From Octopus sinensis (lineage: Eukaryota), in NCBI RefSeq assembly GCF_006345805.1, contig NW_021826475.1:1-12672 (forward strand): DNA of 12,672 nt. Direction: 5' to 3'. The notes beneath the pieces were generated by a model that searched no databases, had not been told where the DNA came from, and was given only the letters and a program-made list of their open reading frames with translations. Below, piece by piece: positions 1-7,050 of this stretch. Both the position numbers and the translations under genes were made by a program. Within the stretch, counting starts at the first letter, position 1. Every line of letters starts with the position of its first letter.

Positions 1-32
1 ATTAGCTTAGGTCGATTAGCTTGCACTTTATT

Positions 33-241
33 CTTATTTTGGCAAAAGGTCATCAATTTTAATAGGTGGGGGCTACTCAATTATATCGACTCCAGTACTC
101 GACTAGTATTTATTTCATCGACCCCGAAGTGATGAAAGACAAAGTCGACCTCGGGTGGTTTTGAACTTAGAACGTAAACACAGAAGAAATGACATTGAGA
201 TTCTGTCCATCGTGTTAATATCATTGTGTAAGCTGACAACC
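33..241 (-). mobile_element. tRNA-derived SINE, family 1 (GGCGGYGAGCTGGC head; central GTCGACTTTGCCTTTCATCCTTTCGGGGTCGAT domain), diverged near-full copy
   Basis: The reverse complement reads ...gttctaagttcaaaaccacccgaggtcgactttgtctttcatcacttcggggtcgatgaaataaatactagtcgagtactggagtcgatataa. This is collinear with the + strand copies at 4843-5086 and 8024-8240, with a degenerate head at about 200-241 and tail at about 33-60. Confidence 0.85.
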
Positions 242-266
242 TAAAAATAACCAATAATGACGATAG

Positions 267-322
267 GAGAAAGAAAGAAAGAAAGAACGATACAAACAAA
301 CAAATAAATAAATAAATAAATA
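267..322 (+). repeat. Compound A-rich tetranucleotide microsatellite (GAAA/CAAA/TAAA)n
   Basis: Read directly from the sequence. Confidence 0.9.
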
Positions 323-378
323 AGGTGGTGCTCCAGTATGGCCGCAGTCAAATGACTGCAACGAATAAATTAAAAAAA
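322..378 (+). mobile_element. 3' terminal fragment of SINE family 2
   Basis: ccagtatggccgcagtcaaatgactgcaacgaataaa matches the 3' end of the element at 3841-3883 (ccagcatggccacagtctaatgtctgaagcaagtaaaaga). Confidence 0.75.
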
Positions 379-384
379 TTGCCA

Positions 385-482
385 AGATATTGCAGCCGGA
401 ATGCTTTTGGTCATCTGTCTCTTGAATCAGAGCGGGACCGGAACTAAAGCAACAGGAGCAACTGCTTCCGTTACTACTGCTG

Positions 483-526
<44 letters not shown>

Positions 527-867
527 GCTACTACTACTACTACTACTACTACTACTGCTGCTGCTACTGCTGCTGCTACTACTACTACTACTACTACTAC
601 TACAACTACTGCTGCTGCTGCTGCTACTGCTGCTGTTGGACTATGTATAGGTTGTGCTAGAAACCTGGAAAGGCGACGCTGTTATCGTCTTGCTGTGACC
701 CAAACCTGATTCCAGATGAAATCAATTGTAGGAGAAGAGGACAGAAGGGTGTCAGTGGAATGGGGTGGAGAAGGAGAAGGAAGAGGAGGAAGGGGAGTAG
801 GAGGGGTAGGAGAAGGAGATTGCCAGAGAAATGTGTCGGAAGATAGACGTGATAGATGGAGAAATGA
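385..867 (+). repeat. Left arm of a long degenerate inverted repeat: unique segment A (385-454), (ACT/GCT)n, unique segment B (660-867)
   Basis: A matches the reverse complement of 2724-2793 at about 55/70 by manual alignment. B matches the reverse complement of 2058-2266, with 9 mismatches over the 124-bp core 660-783. Confidence 0.9.
472..634 (+). repeat. (ACT)n/(GCT)n trinucleotide microsatellite
   Basis: Read directly; it produces the poly-Thr/Ala tract of ORF 401-709. Confidence 0.95.
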
Positions 868-1129
868 GTAATTGGAGGAAAGATAAAGTAGAAAAGGAAG
901 TACAGAGTGAAAAGGAGAGAGAGGGAGAGAGAGAGAGAAAGAAAGTGAGGGTGAGAGTGGGGTCCCGTGAGTGGGGGTGTGAGTGGAGGAGATGGAATGG
1001 ATATGAGTACCAGAAATTTATGTGTAACAGTAGATTGACAGCGGTGAATGATGGCATAACGGATGATAGTTCAGAGCAAGAAAGCGATGAGCAACGGCAG
1101 CAACGGAAGCTGGGCCAGTAGAAGCAACA

Positions 1130-1166
1130 GCAGCAAGAAGTAACAACACCACCAACACCATAACCA

Positions 1167-1198
<32 letters not shown>

Positions 1199-1560
1199 AC
1201 CACCGCCACCACTACCGCCACCACCACTACCGCCACCGCCACTACCACCACCGCCACCACCACCACCACCACTGCACCACCACCACCACCACCACCGCCA
1301 CCACCGCCACCGCCACCACCACCACCACCATCACCACCACCGCCACCACCACCGCCGCCACCACCACAACAACAACAGACAGCAAAAACAGGGGGAGCGA
1401 CAACATCACCAACACCGTAACCACCACCAACACCATCACCACCAACACCAACAACAACAACAACACAACAACAACAACAGCAACAACAACAAACGATAGC
1501 AACAACAGGAGCAACAACAACAACAGAAACACCATCAACAATAGTAACAACAGAGTAATT
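1130..1560 (+). repeat. Degenerate (CAC)n/(CAA)n trinucleotide tract
   Basis: Read directly from the sequence. Confidence 0.95.
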
Positions 1561-1564
1561 ATAT

Positions 1565-1935
1565 TGATGATGATGGTGTTAGTGGTGTTGGTTGTGGCGG
1601 TGGTGATGATGATGGTAGTGGTGGTGATCATGATGGTAGTGGCGGCGGTGGTGGTGGTGATGATGATAATGGTGGTAGTGGCGATGGTGATGATGATGAT
1701 GGTGAGGTTGTTGGTGGTCGTGGTTGTTGGTGATATGATGATGATGATGACGATGATGATAGTGGTGGTGTTGTTGTTAGTGATGGTGGTGGTTGTGGTG
1801 ATGATGGGGGTGATGGTAGTGGTGGTTGTGGTGGTGGTGGTGGTGATGATGACGATGGTCATGTTGTTGTTGTTGTTGGTGGTTGTGGTGATGATGGTGG
1901 TGGTGATGATGATGAGGATGATGACGACGATGATA
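1565..1935 (+). repeat. Degenerate (GGT)n/(GAT)n/(GTT)n trinucleotide tract
   Basis: Read directly; its composition is complementary to the preceding tract. Confidence 0.95.
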
Positions 1936-1938
1936 ACA

Positions 1939-2059
1939 GTTTCATATTTTGGCTTACGATCAGCAATTTCTTAGGGATAGAGTAAGTCGATCACATCGAC
2001 CTCCCCAGTGCTCATCTGATATTTTATTTCATCGATCTCGAAAGGATGAAAGGCAAGTC
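1939..2059 (-). mobile_element. 5'-truncated SINE family 1 fragment (central domain plus short tail)
   Basis: The reverse complement reads gacttgcctttcatcctttcgagatcgatgaaataaaatatcagatgagcactggggaggtcgatgtgatcgacttact...cctaagaaattgctgatcgtaagccaaaatatgaaac. Confidence 0.85.
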
Positions 2060-2314
2060 ATTTCTCCATCTATCGCGTCTACCTCCCGACACACTTCTCT
2101 AGCAATCTCTTTCTCCTCCTACCCCTCTTCTCCTTTTCTCCGCTTCCTTCTCCTTCGCCACCCCATTCCACAGACACCCTTCTGTCCTCTTATCCTACAA
2201 TTGATTTCACCTGAAATCAGGTTTGGGTCACGGCAAGACGACAACGGCGTCGTCTTTCCAGGTTTCCGACAAATCAACTCATACTCTAACAATACTAGCA
2301 GCAGTAGCAGCAGT

Positions 2315-2377
<63 letters not shown>

Positions 2378-2793
2378 TGGTGGTGGTAGTGGTGGTGATG
2401 GTGGTGATGCTTGCAGTAGTAGTAGAAGTGGTAGCAGTAGCATCAGCAGCGGTGATAGTAGTAGCAGTACTAGCAGTAGTGGTGGCAGTTCTATTTGTAG
2501 TAACAACAGCAATAACATTAATAGCAGCAGCAGCAATACTAAGTAGTAGTAGTAGTAGTAGTAGTAGAAGTAGTAGTAGTAGCAGCAGCAGCAGCAGCGG
2601 CGTCGGCGGCGGTGGTGGTGGTGGTGGTGGTGGTGGTGGTGATGGTGGTAGTGGTGGTTGTGGTGGTGGTGGTGGTGGTAGTAGTAGTATTAGCAGCAGC
2701 ACCAGGACCACAAATAGTTCTTCAGTTGCTTTTGCTCCAGTTCCACTCTGATTTAAAAGACCTATTACCAAAAGCATTCCGCTCGTAATATCT
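2058..2793 (-). repeat. Right arm of the long inverted repeat: B' (2058-2266), (AGT/AGC/GGT)n, A' (2724-2793)
   Basis: Reverse-complement homology to 385-867, in the same internal order A, microsatellite, B. Confidence 0.9.
2294..2700 (+). repeat. Compound (AGC/AGT/GGT)n microsatellite
   Basis: Read directly from the sequence. Confidence 0.95.
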
Positions 2794-3060
2794 CGACTGC
2801 TATGTATGAATGAAGAATTTAAATAAATATCTTTTGCGTGATTCTGCTGGAAAAACATGAAATTCTGATGGAAGATTTTACCTCTTAAAAAAAACAAAAC
2901 GTTTAGACCCATTTTAGACATGAAATTTGTATCATATAACCCCAGGAGCGGCATCGAGCAGTTTGGTATCAAAAGGGTTATTGTGTAAGACGTAATATAG
3001 AAACAGTAATTTTAACTTCCGTAAAAGGAAACTTCAAACTACGTATGTTGAGTAATCATA

Positions 3061-3200
3061 AACCTTGTGAGCCCTGGCCCCCTGAATCTTATTTTACCAT
3101 ATACCTGGCACTCCACCGGTGCTATGTTATAGAGCGGTGCCTCGGTATTGTGGATGATAAGCCATCCACCGGTAAACCGGTGTTACGGGCTCAAAGAGTT
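3061..3200. other. Unassigned highly self-complementary segment (candidate structured RNA or DNA element)
   Basis: Closing stem tgagccc 3068-3074 / gggctca 3187-3193; atacc-t-ggcac 3101-3111 / gtgcc-tc-ggtat 3137-3148; gtggatg 3150-3156 / catccac 3163-3169; caccgg-taaa-ccggtg 3167-3182. Confidence 0.45.
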
Positions 3201-3262
3201 GATCACTCTCTAGTTTGGTTAAAGCTGTCAGAACTCTCGAAAGAAACAAAAATATACCTTCA

Positions 3263-3883
3263 GGCGTAGACGTGGCTGTGTGGTAAGCAGTTTGCACGCC
3301 GGGCGAAATGTTTAGGGGTATTTCGTCTGCCGTTACATTCTGAGTTCAAATTCCGCCGAGGTCGACTTTGTCTTTCATCCTTTCGGGGTCGATAAATTAA
3401 GTACTAGTTACGCACTGGGGTCGATATAATCGACTTAATCCGTTTGTCTGTCCTTGATTGTCCCTTCTGTGTGTAGCCCCGTGTGGGCTGTAAAGAACTA
3501 AGAAGTTTGCTTCCCAACCAGATGGTTCCAGGTTCAGTCCCAGTGCTTGGCACCTTGGGCAAGTGTCTTCTGCTACAGCCTCAGGCAAATCAATACTTTG
3601 TGAGTGAATTTCGTCAAGAGAAACTGTAAGAAGCCTGTCGTATAAATACATGTGTGTGTGTGTCTTTTCGTATGTATTTGTCACCCCGCCACCGCTTGAC
3701 AACCAGTTTTGGTGTGTTCCTGTACCCATAAGGTATCGGCTCGGTCAAAGAGGCCGCTAGAATAAGTACAAAGCTTAACGAAAGACAAATACTGCGTTTG
3801 ATTCCTTCGACTAAAAATTCTTCTAGCGGGCTACAGTCTTCCAGCATGGCCACAGTCTAATGTCTGAAGCAAGTAAAAGATAA
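3263..3883 (+). mobile_element. tRNA-derived SINE family 2 (GGCGTAGACGTGGCTGTGTGGTAAG head), near full length, interrupted by a nested SINE
   Basis: The A-box-like head at 3263-3295 resumes at 3499 as aagaagtttgcttcccaaccagatggttccaggttcagtccc (B-box-like GGTTCAGTCC), followed by ccttgggcaagtgtctt, an internal (TG)n, and the tail ccagcatggccacagtctaatgtctgaagcaagtaaaaga. It is collinear with the - strand copy at 4597-4742. Confidence 0.88.
3296..3498 (+). mobile_element. SINE family 1, 5'-truncated, long-tail type, nested in the family 2 SINE with a 12-bp TSD
   Basis: Starts at acgccgggcgaaatg, contains gagttcaaattccgccgaggtcgactttg, and ends at taaagaac. It is flanked by taagcagtttgc (3284-3295) and taagaagtttgc (3499-3510), an 11/12 match. 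Confidence 0.9.
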
Positions 3884-4261
3884 CGGACAGGTCATATGTG
3901 GTAGACTTTTAATCAATACGGAGTGAAACACCATTGTATTAAAGACACCTGATTCGTCATACAATTAACTTTACTATTAGAGATGTATAGAGAAACACAA
4001 CAAGTATATACATGCATAATATATCGAATTACCAACTCATAGACAGGAAATTAAAATTTGGTGTAAGAATTTTCTTTGTATTATTTTTCCAACTAAGACT
4101 CAATTCTCTGTAAAATAAAAAGAACAACGACCAAAAAACAGGTAACAGAGCTTTGGAGATTGTTTTACCATTGTACCTGTTTATTCTTCATTAGAAATTC
4201 ACATGAATATTTCACCTGTCTTATCATTAGGACACCAGTAATTATTTTCGACTTTGTTTCG

Positions 4262-4600
4262 TGCTCTCTCCATCCCTCCCTCTCTCCCTCCATCCCGCTC
4301 TCTCCCTTCTTCTCTGTCTCCCACCCACGCTCTCAATTTATATATATATATATCATTCTACATCTGTCTCACTTTCTCATTCTCCTTCTCTCTCACTCTC
4401 CCTCTCTCTTCCTTCTCTTTATTCCTATCTTGGTATCTCTTTTTGCTGTTCGTTACTCTCTCTCTCTCTCTCTCTCTCTCTCAGCTCTCTCAGTGTGTAT
4501 GTATATATATATATATATTATATATATACACACACACACACACATATATACACACACACATATATACACACAAACATGCACACACACACACACACATATA
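4262..4600 (+). repeat. Compound CT-rich low-complexity plus (CT)n/(TA)n/(CA)n microsatellite
   Basis: Read directly from the sequence. Confidence 0.9.
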
Positions 4601-4742
4601 CGACGGGCTTCTTTCCTAACAAGGCTTTCGTCGGCCCGAGGCTATAGTAGAAGACACTCGCCCAAGGTGTCAAGCAGTGGTACTGAACCCGGAACCATGT
4701 GGTTCGTAAGCAAGCTACTCACCACACAGCCACGTCTGCGCC
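4597..4742 (-). mobile_element. SINE family 2, 5' portion with an internal deletion
   Basis: The reverse complement reads ggcgcagacgtggctgtgtggtgagtagcttgcttacgaaccacatggttccgggttcagtaccactgcttgacaccttgggcgagtgtcttctactatagcctcgggccgacgaaagccttg..gaaagaagcccgtcgta. It lacks about 25 bp present near 3601-3625 in the other copy. Confidence 0.9.
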
Positions 4743-4842
4743 ATGCAAATGTTTTCCTAATTAAATCGCCGTTAATTTATTCTTTTGCGATTCAGCTTCA
4801 GAATCTTTACAACGAGCTTTTAATTAGTATAGAGGTGTAGAT

Positions 4843-5086
4843 GGCAACGGGCGAGCTGGCAGAAACGTTAGCACGCCGGGCGAAAGGCTTTGCAGTATTT
4901 CGTCTGTCGCTACGTTCTGAGTTCAAATTCCGCCGAGGTCGACTTTGCCTTTCATCCTTTCGGGGTCGATTAAATAAGTACCAGTTACGCACTGGGGTCA
5001 ATACAATCGACTTAATCTGTCTGTCTGTCTGTCCTTGTTTGTTCTCTCTGTGTTTAGCCCCTTGTGGGTAGTAAAGAAATAGGTAT
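4843..5086 (+). mobile_element. SINE family 1, near full length, long-tail type
   Basis: Head ggcgagctggcagaaacgttagcacgccgggcg, B-box-like gagttcaaattcc, central domain, and tail tttagccccttgtgggtagtaaagaaatagg. Confidence 0.92.
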
Positions 5087-5088
5087 TA

Positions 5089-5652
5089 TTGGGTTGTCCG
5101 GAAAGTTCGTGCTGATTTTTAAAGGAAAGAAAAAGGTCAATAAATACATGCCATTACATTTTTAATCAACCAAATATGAACCATTTTGTTGCACAACGCG
5201 TCTTCATCTTTCCATTAAGTTGAAACTACCCTCTTCCCAGAATTGAGGGGGTTTCATGGCAAAGAATTCATCAAGGTATCGTTTCACGTTATCCAGGAAA
5301 TTGAAATTTTTACCATTAAGACTATTCTCCAAAAACCTGAATAAGTGGAAATCCGAAGGAGAAATATCTGGTGAATATGGAGGATGGGTTAACACATCCC
5401 AGCCCGAGCTGCGGCAATTTTGGTCTGGTTCCCAAAGCATCAAGTGCCGAAAATGAACTTTCTTATCTTTCATTTTAAAGTGTTACAGAATTAACACAGG
5501 TTATAGGAACATAAACCTTCTACGAAAAGATAGCTTAACCTGTGCTCTAAATGGAAGTGTAGTCAAATCCTATTTTATGGACACCACCATGTTCTAAAAT
5601 AAGTCGAAATGTAAGCTACTATAAATTGGCACGAACTTTCCGGACAACCCAA
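5089..5652 (-). mobile_element. Non-autonomous mariner (Tc1/mariner superfamily) deletion derivative, 564 bp
   Basis: 24-bp perfect TIRs ttgggttgtccggaaagttcgtgc (5089-5112 and 5629-5652), TA at 5087-5088 and 5653-5654, and an internal transposase remnant. Confidence 0.96.
5162..5473 (-). pseudogene. Mariner transposase remnant: N-terminal 15 codons fused to the C-terminal catalytic end
   Basis: MKDKKVHFRHLMLWE joined to GWDVLTHPPYSPDISPSDFHLFRFLENSLNGKNF (YSPDL-type motif with the third catalytic Asp). A TGA at 5204-5206 sits where Trp is expected, followed in frame by RRVVQQNGSYLVD and TAA at 5162-5164. Confidence 0.93.
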
Positions 5653-5714
5653 TAGAATGGATCGATGTATCATAAGCAGTTAATGTTTGTTGTCAGATAT
5701 TTTATTGTGCTTAC

Positions 5715-6166
5715 TGTGAATATTGTGGTGGTTTTAAGGGAGTTCAGAAAGACATCACTTCGCAAAAAGGACAGAGCTCTTCCACTCGGGTCTGTGGCAA
5801 GTGCACTAGGACAAAGTACCAATCAATAATTCCATCTTGATAACCAGCTACTCGACAGAAATGGACATTAGCGCCGTCGATCATCCTCCCTACTGTCCAG
5901 GCATTGCTCACTGTCACTTTTGGTTGTTTCACGAGCGATAAAACTTCAGGTGTGATCGTTTTGAAGACGTTGAGAAGATGAGGGAGGCTGTGACATCTTC
6001 ACTTTGTAGGGCTTCCATGGGGCATTCTTCAAGTGACTGGAGCGCCACAACTTGTGAATTAAAGTTAGAGGATCCTACTGTGAAGGAGATTACGATTGTG
6101 TACGTCTTTGGAATTAGTAAATGTCTCTCTTGAAAATGTATCAAAACTTCTGGAATGCTCTTCCTA
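5715..6166 (+). mobile_element. Second, older decayed mariner fragment (3' half of the transposase plus a degenerate right TIR)
   Basis: My translation from about 5766 gives KRTELFHSGLWQVH*DKVPINNSILITSYSTEMDISAVDHPPYCPGIAHCHFWLF, a decayed HQDNAPxH...HPPYSPDLAPCDFWLF. Later it reads RFEDVEKMREAVT and FHGAFFK*LERHNL*IKVRGSYCEGD. A TIR-like end tcaaaacttctggaatgctcttccta lies at 6141-6166. Confidence 0.85.
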
Positions 6167-6244
6167 CATGCTAGCATACATCTATTGGTTTAAATCAAAT
6201 CATTGAATGGTATTTACATACACATATAAAATCACACAAAGCTA

Positions 6245-6426
6245 CAAGCATACATACATACGTACGTATTTACATATACGATTTAAAGCATAAATACATG
6301 CATGTATATATACGTACATACATACATATACACATATACATGTGTGTATATATATATGTATATGTGTGTGTGTGTATATGTATATATACAAACACACACA
6401 CATATATATATATACTCATAAATACA

Positions 6427-6484
<58 letters not shown>

Positions 6485-6745
6485 TATATAAATACAAACA
6501 TTTTTGTACAAACATATATTTATTAGCTGATATAAATCACCGGAAGATTTACACAGAAATATATACACGCACACAGACACACGCACACACACACAAGTGT
6601 ATATACATGCATACATAAATACTTACATTCATACAGTTCATTTCTACACACCTTCACTTACACAGATTCACTCAAATACACACATACTCTCATTCATAGA
6701 CATACTTACACACACTCACATACATATATATATATATACACACGA
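6245..6745 (+). repeat. Compound (TA)n/(CA)n/(TACA)n microsatellite region
   Basis: Read directly; includes a pure (AT)n run at about 6429-6481. Confidence 0.95.
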
Positions 6746-7050
6746 AATGTTTAGCGTAATTTAATGTAATTATTTATGATTCGAAGTAATTTAATTATTT
6801 TATTTATTTAACTGAATAAAATAAATAATTAGTCATAGCATGTCTGAAAAAATAAATGAATTTTATGGATACGAAACTATTCAATTATCAAGCGACTGGC
6901 AAGAATCGCCGGAAAATATAGATTCGCTATTTTCCTGATTGTTTGAAATGTTTAACAAGCTGCTTCTGCTAAAACTGAATTTGGGAAATTTTATCGTCTG
7001 TTTTCGAGTTTCGACACGTACAGTGCCTATATAATTATATTTATAGTCAT

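Noticed and set aside
81-299. Recurring short ORFs with EVDF.FH or ERQSRPRR motifs (81-299, 4807-5001, 4841-5071, 6881-7183, 8204-8527)
   Set aside because: The shared peptides arise only from translating the same SINE core on either strand.
2724-2793. Reading segment A in the shifted antisense frame with TGA = Trp as a NUMT
   Set aside because: The resulting peptide is not collinear with any mitochondrial protein I recognise, and the flanks are not mitochondrial-like.
401-2972. Long ORFs with poly-T/V/L/P/S tracts (401-709, 1242-1862, 1564-1974, 2295-2972, 2377-2751 and others) as genes
   Set aside because: They are stop-free translations of trinucleotide microsatellites, open in several frames and on both strands. 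Only the short A segment shows a coding signal, and it is reported separately.
3097-3110. catatacctggca resembles the U1 snRNA 5' end (ATACTTACCTGGCA)
   Set aside because: The match is short and imperfect, with no downstream U1 stem-loops or Sm site.
4743-4750. Octamer motif ATGCAAAT next to a SINE head
   Set aside because: A single 8-mer in AT-rich DNA is expected by chance, and there is no PSE or snRNA gene nearby.
4160-4840. ORFs of 121-226 aa rich in LS/YI/HT dipeptides
   Set aside because: They are dinucleotide microsatellite translations running into a SINE.
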